Assembly: GCF_006345805.1 (NCBI RefSeq)
Contig: NC_043017.1
Coordinates: 15,252,001-15,316,000, forward strand
Length of the DNA stretch: 64,000 nt
Reading direction: 5' to 3'
Source of the DNA: Octopus sinensis
Taxonomy: Eukaryota
The translations under genes were made by a program, and so were the position numbers. The notes below the pieces were generated by a model, which searched no databases, was not told the origin of the DNA, and saw nothing but the letters and a program-made list of their open reading frames with translations. Numbering within the stretch: position 1 is the first letter of the stretch; every line of letters starts with the position of its first letter. This document shows, one piece after another, positions 46,298 to 59,000 of the stretch.

Positions 46298-48159
46298 TGT
46301 GTGATATGATATATAGCTACAGTTTTGTTATACAACAGCTTAAATAACAAAACGTAAAACATCGTCAGTGCTTGAGAAGAGAACGGAAGTCATCGACCAT
46401 TAGCTTACATTTCTCTTTTGCATCTGATGACTGCTTGAAATATTCTGTAGCTGGATCAAAGGTATGCGTATGCGTATATGTATGTACGTGTGTGTGTGTG
46501 TAAGTACGTGTATAGGTATATGTATTTGTGTATATATGTTTGTACGTATGTAAGTATACATGTATGCATATATGTATATTTCCTTCTGTTTTTAATTATT
46601 TGAAGTCTTTCTTGTAAGGAAGGGGCTGGTTTCTAACAAAGATACAAACCACCACTATTCAAATGTAGATAACAAAAACAATGTCACACATGTTCAACTT
46701 GAGAAAAGTCTTGCAGATTTTTACTGTTCCTCTTACAGGTCGCATTTGTAAGGTGCGAGTTAGTTGGTTGATTTGTTTTTCTGAAGACCCCAGCTTTTCC
46801 AAACTGTCATTTAGTTATTTACTCACAAAGCCAAGTGTACCAATTATTACTGGTATAAATGTGAATTTATGAGTCCGGATATTAAAACTGGACGTTTCAA
46901 AGCAGTTGTCCATAGTTATCCTCTTTGTCTTTGTCTTTCAAACGGATATTCGCACCAACAGCACAGCTGACCTCTATACCTGTATAGACTTTTTCTTGTG
47001 TGTGGTTGTACTTATGCATATCTACCACCACATGTATGCATACGAAAGATTTGATCCAGTTTTCACGTGTTATCAATGAAAATCGCCCTGCATGTGAAAT
47101 TTCTTTATTTTGGAGGGTGTAGGAGAGAGTGGGGTTGCCTTCTTTAAGGCAACCCCACTCTCTCAAACACATTTCTGCTGCAGACAAAATGAGGTGCTTT
47201 TTGTCAATCGCTACTTTCATGGCCTCTCCTCCACACATCTGGAGGATCATCCACCACTCCAACTCTCTCATCTCGTCTCCCTTCCCTCATTTTATGTTCA
47301 AGTTTTCCGTGACCCCCACAAACCTCTACGATTTTGTCTCTTCTTCATCTTCTGTCTTTCAACAGTACAAACGAAACACTAAACATGTCAATCCCTTTTT
47401 CGTTTTCTAAGGGTTGCAGAAACTACGGATTATAGGGCTGTTGCTTCTTATGTAGTAAACGATTTTAGCGAAATGTTCAGGTCTGTAAACGCTTTGATTA
47501 TGTTCAAATACTTTTTACTGAATAAACAAACGAGGGGAACGCCGAACGGTCACTTAACTTTCTAGAAATAGTAACTAGGACTCCTCCTTCAAGCCAGATT
47601 TTTCCGTTTAGAAAAGAACACATTGTATAATGTATTGTTGGGTTATTGACCCACAGGACAACGACAGGATGGTTATGGTTGGGACTGCTTTGGTGATGTG
47701 TCTGGTCGATGATGTTTGACCCAAGGCAAAATTTCACCACCACCTCCGACAACAACGATAACAATAACAGCCATTATCATGACGCTGTGCTGATGTCGAA
47801 GAGATCTCAATGAAGAGATTTGGGCATGAAATCAACGAATATCTTCAAACTGCACAACAGAAAACATAAAGACAATTGAAATAAATAATTATGTTAGATC
47901 ATTAACTGAATTTCTATGTTTAATTAACCATGAGAAATATAATGAGTTTATCATGGCCTCGGGAGGAAAACTAGAAAACTATTTTCTGTCTCCCCTCATT
48001 ATTGTAATGCCGTTGACTGGAAGCTGCTTTAGAAATACCTCTTCATTGTTTTAATGTAATTAAAATAACAAAGATGGAGAGGGAGGTCGACAGGTTTGTG
48101 GGGGGAGGTGTTTATCAGATCCCTTGTGGTATTTGTTCTGTCTCTATATGCTCCGAATT

Positions 48160-48740
48160 CAAATCCAGTTGGTCGCGGTCGACTTTGATTTGCAGCGTCC
48201 CGGGGAAGATAAAATAAAGGACCAATCAAGTACCGGGGTCCGTGTAATCGATTGAGATTTGTGCCTATATTAGCTGTGGAGGCAATGATGGTTAATGGAG
48301 GTGTTGCTGGGGGGGGGGGGTTCGAGGCAATGATGGGTGGTGGTCGTGGTCGTAGTCGTCGTCGTCGTCTGGTGGTGGTGGTGGTGGTGGTGGTGGTGGA
48401 GGCGGCGGCGGCGGTGGTGGCGGCGGTGGTGGTGGTGGTGGTGGTGGTGGTGGTGGTGGTGGCGGCGGTGGTGCTGGTGGTGGTGGCGGTGGTCATCCCG
48501 TCGTCGTCGTCGTCGTTGGTATTTCCCTTTTTGTCATCACCCAGCATTAAGACCTGATTATCTTGTTATGATTCCCTTACCATTTCAAACAAAAACAGTC
48601 AAGATGGGGAAATGGTTGAAAGAATAGTGCGTCGAACAAAGTGTATTGCGATATTCAGCTCTTTATACTCCGAATTCACATCTAGTCGAGGTCAACGCTG
48701 CTGTCCGCCTGTTCGAGATCGACAAAATAAAATTCCAATC
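48160..48740 (+). mobile_element. Two degenerate SINE fragments (48160-48270, 48645-48740) around a (GGT)n tract
   Basis: CCGAATTCAAATCC...GGTCGACTTTG and CCGAATTCACATCTAGTCGAGGTCAAC resemble the 42.2 kb family. Confidence 0.6.
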
Positions 48741-49507
48741 CAGAAATGTGGATTGGCGGAATTATTAGAGCGTTGGGCAAAATGATCTTCAGGAAAGTTC
48801 CGGTCTAAACACCCAGGAAGGTAGAGGGAACCCTAAGGACACAGGAAAGTATGGTGAACTCATCCGGATCTCGATGAGAAGATGCCAATATCTTGTAAAA
48901 GATACCTAAATGAAAATTTCAAGGAACTTCGTATTCTGCCAGAAAAATTCCAGGACAATCATAGAAGAATCGTGTTGGAAGTTACCAAGGAGCGTTCACT
49001 GATTCACCTAATGAGGGAAGAAAGAAGTGGGAGGGAGGGAAGATATACAACCTTTGGACATGTTCTCTTTCGGTGAGAGTTGAGGTTAGAGAGTTAAGAG
49101 CTTTACTTCGCAGTTCAAAGATCCAGTGTGTATCGATCCTACAGCATGGCGTGGCGCCATAGTTACATGAAGATCCATACTTTCAGAAAGATACTAAATT
49201 TATGACAATTGTATCAAAGTCCATCGGGTGGCGCGAAACCGTGACTCGTAGTTTCCACAGTCTTACCACAAACTATCACACACAACAACCACATTATCCA
49301 ATGACACTTCCTAAAATGGGAGGGTGATTTAGCTGCTATTTCTAACAGGCTGAGTGTCCGCAGTGACGTCCTTTTACTGATGGCAATGTTTGCCCCAGGT
49401 CAATCCGAACCAATAGACAGAGCTATGATCAAAGACATTCCAATCATGGCCATTTGTATATATTTTGGAATAGTGCATTATCCAATTTCTCTTATTTGTC
49501 AGATGTT

Positions 49508-49612
49508 GAGATCTTTAAGTGGAGGGTAACTTCTGAACTACAGGTGAGTGAGATCTGTAAGTGGAGGGTAACTTCTGAACTACAGGTGAGTGAGATCTGT
49601 AAGTGGAGGGTG
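49508..49612 (+). repeat. 42 bp tandem repeat, 2.5 copies
   Basis: GAGATCT(T/G)TAAGTGGAGGGTAACTTCTGAACTACAGGTGAGT units start at 49508, 49550 and 49592. Confidence 0.95.
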
Positions 49613-50454
49613 ACTACCGAGGACACCATTTTGGTTTTAGAGTCACAATGAATTGGTAAATTAAAGCTTAAATTCCCAACCAGCCATGAAGATCTGACTG
49701 GGGATGAATAAAAAGCAGGTAGAATATGGGTGTCATCACTTTAATATAGCGGTAAAAGCCGATGTTAGACAACAAGATACAATACACACACACACACACG
49801 CACATCTTATCATTCACTCAAACATATACACCACCCTCTTTCTTTCACTCTCTCTACTTCCCTCTCTCTTCCTCCTCTTTTTCTCTCACTGTCTGGATTA
49901 ACACAGAAGAGCGAGAACTGGAACGATAGTCTCATGTTTAGCAATATTGTGACATCTCCGACCATGTTTCGCTCTTATTAAACCACATCAGCCAAGCATC
50001 CCCGAACCATGGTTGTGAAATGTCAGCGGAATTTATGAAGAGATTTGTTTCCAATGCAGCCATGGGCAACCTTATTCATGCTTGAATGATTTCGATAATG
50101 AAGGAAGAAGAGGATCAAGCAGATTTAGATTAACAGAATCTGTCTGGATTTGACGCAGCAGGTGCTTTGTTGACGTGTGACTGGCTCACTGCCATCACAA
50201 CCACCACCGCAACACTATCAGATATCACGACCACTGCCACTAGCACAATAACCATCCATATACAATCACAAAACAAAATCATAATGAATGTCATCACATC
50301 TCAGACAAACAGCACACATCTACTAAACACCGATCTCATTTCTATCGATTCATCCATCTATCGCTCTATCGTTTGTTTATCTATCTATCTGCTTCCCTCT
50401 CTGTTTATCTCTCTCCCTTTCTGTCTATCCATCCATCCATCCATCCATCCATCC

Positions 50455-50528
<74 letters not shown>

Positions 50529-50718
50529 TTCTCTATCAATCTATGTCTGTCTGTCCGTCCGTCTCTCTATCGACCTATCTATCTATCTACCTAGTCTGTC
50601 TGTCTGCCTATTTTCTATCTATTTATCTATATCTCTGTATGGTTGCCTATCAGTTTATCTACATTCATACATAGTACTAAAGCTTGTGTGTCTATGTGTG
50701 TGTGTCTGGTACTATAGC

Positions 50719-50768
<50 letters not shown>

Positions 50769-51129
50769 TAATAACAACAACAACAACAACAACAACAACA
50801 ATATTAACATAATAAATCTAATAATGACGATGATGATAGTAATAATATTCTTACACCGGCCACTAACTCTGTTTTCACTATATCATGTCCATTGCTGTGT
50901 GTGTGTAGGCGCGCGCACGCGTGTGTGTGTACCGTGTGCTGCTGCCAACGACCTCAGGTAAAGTTCGTTAGGTGAGGCTGTTTAATTAGAAACACCAGGT
51001 TAATCATACATTTCTATTGAATTAATAATTAGATTAAATACAACCGGCTTTGCTCTAAAAACATCATTATCATCATCATCATCATCATCATCATCGTTGC
51101 CCATCAACCGCTCGTGCCAGACTTCTTCG

Positions 51130-51176
<47 letters not shown>

Positions 51177-51346
51177 ATAAAATAAATGAATCTCAGCCGA
51201 GTATTCAGATTTTCAATCAACTGAGCTGCCTACTCATTGAGCTGTTTTCTAAGATTATGTATGGATAGACACACACACACATATGTGTGTATATATATAC
51301 ACGCATACGTATAGACACACTTATACATACTTACATACATACATAG

Positions 51347-51388
<42 letters not shown>

Positions 51389-51389
51389 T

Positions 51390-51423
<34 letters not shown>

Positions 51424-51550
51424 ATATATATATATTATATATATATATATTTATGTATGTATCTATGTATATATATATATATGTATATATATATATTTAT
51501 GTATGTATCTATGTATGTATAAGTATGTATAAGTGTGTCTATACGTATGC

Positions 51551-51610
<60 letters not shown>

Positions 51611-51611
<1 letters not shown>

Positions 51612-52428
51612 ATAAAAATATGGTAAAGTAAAAAAATTCACTTTACCACACACCGAACTTTTCAGAAATAGCAGCCAAAAATTTGGCTATTTCTACAACT
51701 GCAAGTAAAAGTCTCCAGACAATGCATACTCAGAAAATAACTCACATAGGTATAAGGGAAATTTTTATAAATTAATACTTCAAATATACCGTAAATGGTC
51801 TTTTTACATACCGAATACTGCTTGGTCGAATTGATTAACAATTAATTAGTTCTACCCTTTTTTACTGACAATATAATGCTTTCTCTCCAAGAATTTGAAC
51901 TACAGTTTTTGCCTCTGTAGGAATGTACTACTCTATGACTCACGTGGGTGGACAGGGAGAATGATAGATCTCATTTGTATTTTTGGATTCGCTAGTACTG
52001 GTTGTCTGGCATGGTTTGTCCGATGTTACAGATATCGGACGGGTATGTTTGATTCTTAGTATTTTCAAATCTAAATCAGAAGAAATCTCTGAGCTGATGA
52101 AGGAAAAGTGGCGTTTAACCCACGAATCCAGAAACAGGCTGTCCTCGGGTATCTTATATGGATGTGATCTTTCATTTTTTTCCCTTATACCTATGTGAGT
52201 TATTTTCTGAGTATGCATTGTCTGGAGACTTTTACTTGCAGTTGTAGAAATAGCCAAATCTTTGGCTGCTATTTCTGAAAAGTTCGGTGTGTGGTAAAGT
52301 GAATTTTTTTACTTTACCATATTTTTATAAATTAATACTTCAAATATACCGTAAATGGTCTTTTTATATACCGAATACTGCTTGGTCGAATTGATTAACA
52401 ATTAATTAGTTCTACACCTTTTTTACTG

Positions 52429-52436
<8 letters not shown>
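51611..52436 (+). mobile_element. Hammerhead element: 560 bp unit with 115 bp terminal redundancy and a 151 bp inverted 5' arm, in (TA)n
   Basis: 51761-51875 repeats at 52321-52436 (period 560); 51611-51761 is the reverse complement of 52179-52329; partial homology to the 13 kb array units. Confidence 0.88.
52080..52155 (+). ncRNA. Type I hammerhead ribozyme, predicted cleavage after GUC at 52143
   Basis: TCTGAG-CTGATGA(52094-52100)-A GGA AAA GTGG CGTTTAAC CCAC GAA TCC A-GAAA-CAGGCTGT-C-CTCGGG. Confidence 0.85.
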
Positions 52437-52456
<20 letters not shown>

Positions 52457-52464
<8 letters not shown>

Positions 52465-53053
52465 TAAATAAATGGCACAACGAAGCACCGATATTTACTG
52501 GAAAATAGCGAACGTAATAAATACGACGCTAATGTATAGCTTCACTGCGCATGTACTAGTAGAGATGCGTGTGTGCAACAAACATGAAAAAAATTGTCTT
52601 ACCTCTAGGAAGAACATCTGAAAAATATAAAACCTAGAAACGGATAATGCAGTACCGGTTTCAGATTCTTCAAAATACGTTTGCCAACGTATATTTGATT
52701 TATCTTCATCAGCTGCATATGCCTCGACAATATTTCAAATGTTGCCACATCTATGCCAGTGCACTCGTTTGAACGCCAAAACGTTAACAGAACGAGAACA
52801 GTGAAGAAGTTCCAATGAAAATAGTAATGCAATACGAGAGTATTGCTTTCCAGTAAAGGATAGCCCGTGAGGGTAAAATTATACATAAGACAATTTTTTT
52901 CATGTTTGTTGCACACACGCATCTTTACTAGTACATACGCAGTGAAGCTATACATTAGCGTCGTATTTATTACGTTCGCTATTTTCCAGTAAATATCGGT
53001 GCTTCGTTGTGCCATTTATTTACTTTTATATGTATAATTTTACCCTCACGGGC
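52457..53053 (-). mobile_element. Hammerhead element: ~430 bp unit plus an inverted 5' arm with a 25 bp junction duplication
   Basis: 52457-52601 is the reverse complement of 52886-53030; 52863-52887 is the reverse complement of 53029-53053; 3' end in (TA)n. Confidence 0.85.
52642..52723 (-). ncRNA. Type I hammerhead ribozyme, predicted cleavage after GUA at 52653
   Basis: Minus: ATGCAG-CTGATGA-AGAT AAA TCAAA T ATACGTT GGCA AACGTAT TTTGA AGA ATCT-GAAA-CCGGT-A-CTGCAT; fully canonical core, palindromic ACCGGT helix III. Confidence 0.88.
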
Positions 53054-53234
53054 AAAATGTGCTTATTATCCAGCAGAAGTATGTGCCTGGATTTTAAAAT
53101 TAAGGACGAATCAGTGAGACAAGTAGAGACTGTAGACTGCAAGTCCGCTTAGAGAGTAGTGTCAGCATCCAGGAGTCGCAAGAATGATACAATTGCGGCC
53201 TGACGCATAAGCATGGGCGCTGATTCTTTGTTTT

Positions 53235-53440
53235 CTATCGATCGGAGAAATACATATCGTCAGCCGCTAAGGGACAAGCTCAAATGGTTATGGTCAAACA
53301 ACTGACAAGCAAATCTGTGGTATTGAGCAGAATATTTGCTGTTGTCCATCTTTTATACCAAGACAAAACAATGTACATGGTAACACATCCAATCAGTTAA
53401 GATCAGAAGCCATGAGAGCCACTGCCTAGGTACTGCATCA

Positions 53441-53497
<57 letters not shown>

Positions 53498-53632
53498 TAA
53501 TAATAATAACAATTAATAAATATGCATGTGCCTGGTGTACCCTTATCAGACGGGTAGTCATGATGGGTATACTGGGCTTCGTATATTTTATCTCAGTGCC
53601 ACTTTGGTAGCATGCACTGCTCTTTCCCTCTG
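53235..53632. repeat. Two fragments of the ~570 bp AAT-embedded repeat (53235-53440 minus, 53520-53632 plus) separated by (AAT)n
   Basis: Direct sequence match to 54467-55045. Confidence 0.8.
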
Positions 53633-53797
53633 TAATAGTAATAGTAATAATAGTAATAATAATAATAATAATATTTGTCAGTGAACAGGTCGCGGTCTTA
53701 TTGCGACGAAAATATTTTGACAAATTAAACTTAAATGTTGAAGTGAATCGAACGGCTTTTGTGTGTTTCTTAAATGGCTTACAAACACCTTCCACGC

Positions 53798-53837
<40 letters not shown>

Positions 53838-53874
53838 TAATAATAATAATAATAATAATAATACCAACAACAAC

Positions 53875-54262
53875 AAATTAGGTAAATACAAGGACCTGAA
53901 AGTTGAAATACAAAAGATGTGGCATCTTCAAAAGAGAACTGTTTCTGTTATTGTAGGTCCTTTAGGTATGATAAGAAAAAAGAGAAGTTAGAAACATCTA
54001 GATAAGATCCCAGAAGAACCATGTTTTAGAGTAATCCAAAAGATTGTGCTAACAAGTAATGCCCACATCCTTAAAAAAGAACCCTATACTTTTAAATACC
54101 TGTGTTGTATTACATGGAGATATTTTGCTACTGCCCCTACCACTCCCCTCCCCAAACTTTCAGTCAAAACGTAATATCTCTTATCCTTCGCTCGCCCTAG
54201 GAGACTGGGTGTGTCACGGCAAGTTATTGTTACAAACATGCAGATTAAAAGTAAAAAAGAGC
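53875..54262 (+). mobile_element. 5'-truncated R4/Dong-family 3' end (older subfamily) after (AAT)n
   Basis: KLGKYKDLKVEIQKMWHL...VIVGPLGMI...IQKIVLTSNAHILKK; 3' UTR GCCCTAGGAG...CGGCAAG shared with 60378-60408. Confidence 0.8.
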
Positions 54263-54425
54263 AATAATCCTTACTAGTACAGGCACAAGGCCAGAAATTT
54301 TGGGAGAAGGGACCAGTCGCTTATCAACTCCAGTCGATTATTAACCCCGTAAAGACGAAAGTCAAAGTCGACTGCAGCGGTTTTTGAACTCAGAACATAA
54401 GGATGGACGAAATACTGTTAAGCAC
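54263..54425 (-). mobile_element. Degenerate SINE (family of 42165-42363)
   Basis: AAAGTCGAC...TTGAACTCAGAAC...CGAAATACTGTTAAGCA on the plus strand. Confidence 0.7.
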
Positions 54426-54466
<41 letters not shown>

Positions 54467-54469
<3 letters not shown>

Positions 54470-55045
54470 GCCCTGATGCAGTACCAGGCAGTGGCTCTCA
54501 TGGCTTCTGATCTTAACTGATTGGAAGTGTTATCATGTACATGATTTGTCTTGGTATAAAAGATGGGCTACAGCAAATATTCTGCTCAATACCACAGATT
54601 TGCTTGTCAGTTGTTTGACCGTAACCAGTTGAGCATGTCCCTTAGTGGCTGACGATATGTGTATCTTTGATCACGAGCAGAAGTAGTGGGGGAGCATCAT
54701 AGCCATGTGTCGAGAGGGATTATTTGGGGTTTAAATAATTCATCTCTGGAAACATGGGTGTTTCATTTAACATACTTAAATAACCTTTATTCAATGACCT
54801 TTTGAGTGAGATGGGTTACTCGACCTTTTGAGTGAGATGGGTTACTCGACCAGAAGAAAATTCTAACTGGGCCCCACTTGCAAGGTCATGTGTTTATCTT
54901 CATATGAGATCACCATATCGCGCACATATGGTTGTGATGCATGTGCCTGGTGTACCCTTATCAGACGGGTAGTCATGATGGGTATACTGGGCTTCGTATA
55001 TTTTACCCCAGTGTCACTTTGATGGCATGCACTGCTCTCTCACTC
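54467..55045 (+). repeat. Unclassified ~570 bp repeat flanked on both sides by (AAT)n
   Basis: (AAT)n-AAATGCCCTGATGCAGTACC...GCTCTCTCACTC-(AAT)n; 26 bp internal tandem duplication near 54797-54850; no ORF or A/B box recognised. Confidence 0.85.
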
Positions 55046-55052
55046 AATAATG

Positions 55053-55131
<79 letters not shown>

Positions 55132-55132
<1 letters not shown>

Positions 55133-55332
55133 CCTTTCTACTCTAGGCACAAGGCTTGGAATTCGGGGGAGGAGGAGAGTCGATTACATCGATTCCAGTA
55201 CTAAACTGGCACTTATTTTATTGACCCCGAAGGGAAGAAAGGCAAAGTTGACCTCGGCGAATTTGAACTCAGAACAGGCGAAATACCGCTAAGCATTTCG
55301 TCCAGCATGCTACTGGTTCTGCCAGCTCGCCG
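55132..55332 (-). mobile_element. SINE (family of 42165-42363) inside (AAT)n
   Basis: GGCAAAGTTGACCTCGGCGAATTTGAACTCAG...GAAATACCGCTAAGCATTTCG...CTGCCAGCTCGCC on the plus strand. Confidence 0.8.
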
Positions 55333-55374
55333 CTTCTTTAATAATAATAATAATAATACTAATACTACTACTAC

Positions 55375-55475
<101 letters not shown>

Positions 55476-56032
55476 GAGTGAGAGAGCAGTGCATGCCATC
55501 AAAGTGACACTGGGGTAAAATATACGAAGCCCAATATACCCATCATGACTACCCGTCTGATAAAGGTACACCAGGCACATGCATCACAACCATATGTGCG
55601 CGACATGGTGATCTCATATCAAGATAAACAGCACATGACCTTGCAGGTGGGGCCCAGTTAGAATTTTCTTCAGGTTGAGTAGCCCATCCCGCTCAAAAGG
55701 TCCCTGAATAAGGGTTGTTTAAGGATGTTGAAAGAACCACCCATGTTTCCAGAGGTGAATTATTCAAACCCCAAAGAATCCCTCTCAACACATGGCTATG
55801 ATGCTCCCCCACTACTTCTGCTCGTGATCAGAGATGCATATATCGTCAGCCACTAAGGGACATGCTCAACTGATTAAGGTCAAACAACTGACAAGCAAAT
55901 CTGTGGTATTGAGCAGAATATTTGCTGTAGCCTATCTTTTATACCAAGACAAAACAATGTACATGATAACACTTCCAATCAGTTAAGATCAGAAGCCATG
56001 AGAGCCACTGCCTGGTACTGCATCAGGGCATT
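55476..56032 (-). repeat. Second complete ~570 bp AAT-embedded repeat, inverted relative to 54467-55045
   Basis: Reverse complement of 54467-55045 at roughly 90% identity by eye; (ATT)n on both sides. Confidence 0.85.
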
Positions 56033-56069
56033 TTATTATTATTATTATTATTATTATATTATTATTATT

Positions 56070-59000
56070 GGTGATGGTGATGATGGTGATAATGATAATA
56101 ATTATAGTAATAGTGCTGATAATCTATCTATCTATCTACACACACGTATACACACACACACACACACACTCACAGATTTCAGCCAACACAAACCTCACCT
56201 CGGCTCTTTAGATGTTAACCAAATATGAAAGTATTATTTGACAGGCAAGAATTCTAGCGTTGAAGACAGCCAGCCAGCCAACGAGACAGACAGACACTAC
56301 TGTGATGGTGATAATGATAAAAAACAAAAATAACAATAATAAGATACTGCTGTGACTACACATAAAACAATATCATTGATGATGATGGTGGTGATGGTGA
56401 TGGTGATGATGATAATGATGATAGTAATAGTGGTGATAATGATGATAGTGATAATAATGGTGATGATAATAACAATAATAAGCCGACTACGGCTGCTATA
56501 ATGGTACGATTATAATTGTAACAGCAATGATGGCCGTCTCTCCAAGAGCCAATCAAAGCTCAAAAATGATAACATTATCGTAGCACCAAAATGTTTTTGG
56601 AAACTAAAAGGAAAACTAAATCAGTATACCAAATTGCTTGTCCTATGGTTAATCTGGAAGCGCGTCTCCCAGGAAAGAGCCAGCCTGGGATCGAAAAGTC
56701 ATCAACTGGCACAAACTCTTCCCCGAATACGGACATGGATGGTCACTTCAACGGGAAATTCCCCAACTCGAGCCCTCCAAGTTCACCACCACAACCACCA
56801 CAGAAAGAAAAATGTAAGCGGAACAAATGGACCCGAGAAGAGTATAAAGAAGTAATATACGCTTATTACTATGCATTAGGTAGGCCATCTCAAGAGAGAC
56901 ACACCGCAAACTCTTACAGTATATGGAGAACACGGAATCAAGACAGTAGGCCCTATTTGGACGGGAACAAATTGGCAAATGTGAGGAGGGATATCCTTAG
57001 AAATAACTGACTCACAGACAGTGAAATAAGCTCGATCAAGCACGCAACGGAAAATGACATAAATATGACACAAAGGAAATGAAGAATCAGATGAACGGTA
57101 TAGCCCGCCACGAGGCTTAATTGAAAGACTGCCATCTGACCAAAGTACGCAAAGGCCTGAAGATACAAGAAATTCTATTGTATCTGTTAAAGATAGCCAG
57201 GAAAATGATAAAACAACAGTAACTGAAGATCTCGCATTTGCTGAAGAACACAGAGAGTCTATGGCAGAAATGAGGCAGAAAATCCTGAATACGCTTGAAG
57301 TTGTAAGACATACAAGTATGAATGATAGAGAACGACTTCATAAACTCTCAAATACAAACCAAAATAAAAAACAGATCCAAATTGGCAACTATGTAACAAA
57401 TGAAATAATACAAGAATTAAAACCTGATTTTACTGAGTTAAATGAAATTATTTACGCTTCTGCTAGGGCAATTGAAACCAGCTGTATGCCCCCGAAAAAA
57501 CAAAGAAAACCAAACCTGGGAAGAAATCAAACCTGGAGAAGTAAAATTGAAAAAGAGATTGAATTTATGAGAGGGGAAATATCAATATTAAATGAACTAA
57601 TATGTGGAAATGATGTAAGATCCAGAACAGGAAGAAAGATGAAGAGAAAATTTGGATCCTCACCAAGAGAAGAACTGATATCAATAAAAGAAACGCTGAA
57701 ACAAAAAGTTCAAGCAAAAGCCCAAAGAATACGAAGATTTGAGAAGAGAAACAAGTTTTACAAGCAAAATAAGCTGTTCACATACAATGCCAAAAGATTC
57801 TACAGAGAAATAGGGATGGAGAAAGTAACCGTTAAAGACCCCCCTCCCATGGAAGAAGTTCAAAACTTTTGGAAAAGGATTTGGAGTGACAAGAAGACGT
57901 ACAACATAAATGCAGACTGGATTATACAAACAGAAGGATCCTGCCAAAATTTACAACAACAAGCATGGGAAGACATCACAATAGCAGACCTAAGAAAGGC
58001 ACTCGCGAAGGCCCATAAGTGGAAATTCCCCGGTAAAGATAGGGTGCCGAATTTCTGGCTCGCATCGCTCCCATGCGCACACGGTAAGCTAGTTCAGCTG
58101 CTCAATGGAATTATGAGAGACCCAAAGAAAACACCTGAATGGTTAGCAAGTGGTATTACTTACCTACTCCCAAAGAATAACGAAACCAACCTTCCAAAAA
58201 ACTATCGGCCTATAACCTGTCTATCCACCACGTATAAAATCCTAACATCTATCCTGGCGGAGAAAACATATGCATTCATGGAGAAGAACGATATTTTCCC
58301 CATTGAACAAAAAGGGTGCCGCCGAGGCTCTTACGGATGCAAAGATCAACTGCTAATTAATCGTATGATCCTTGAGAACTGTCACAACAAGCGCAGAAAT
58401 CTCAGCTCCGCATGGATTGACTATAAAAAGGCCTTCGACAGTATACCGCATCCATGGATCTTGAGATCGCTGGACATCTTCAACATTTCCCCTGTGGTTT
58501 CAAGTTTCCTGAAGCACAATATGTCGTTGTGGAATACGAATCTCCAATTATACCACTCTAATGGAGTACTTGCCTCAGAAAATATAAACATCAACTGTGG
58601 AATTTTTCAAGGTGACTCACTTTCACCTTTAATATTCTGCATAGCCCTAATACCCCTTACAAGTGAATTAAACAGAACAGGGTATGGGTATAAAATTGCC
58701 AATAAAAAAATAAGCCATCTATTTTATATGGATGACTTAAAACTCTATAGTAAAAACGATAATGAACTTGAAGGCCTATTGCGCACTGTGAAAGCATTCA
58801 GCGATGACATCGGGATGGAGTTTGGGCTTGAGAAGTGTGCCAAGGCTACTTTCCAGAAAGGGAAAGTGAAGACCACAAATTCAGTCGTGTTAGATGTTGA
58901 CACAGTCATAAGAGAGCTTGAGCAAGAACAAACATACAAATATTTAGGGATAAATGAAGGCTCTGGTATTCAGCATGCAAGCATGAAAGAGAAGATCAGG

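Noticed and set aside
46418-46450. CTGATGA-CTGCTT-GAAATATTC
   Set aside because: No helix II pairing and helix I is out of register; compatible with chance in AT-rich DNA.
49508-49612. 42 bp repeats as a CRISPR array
   Set aside because: Units are contiguous with no spacers, no cas genes, and the context is eukaryotic.
52605-53015. 136 aa minus-strand ORF over the 430 bp hammerhead element
   Set aside because: It crosses the inversion junction, so it is a rearrangement by-product; no recognisable domain.
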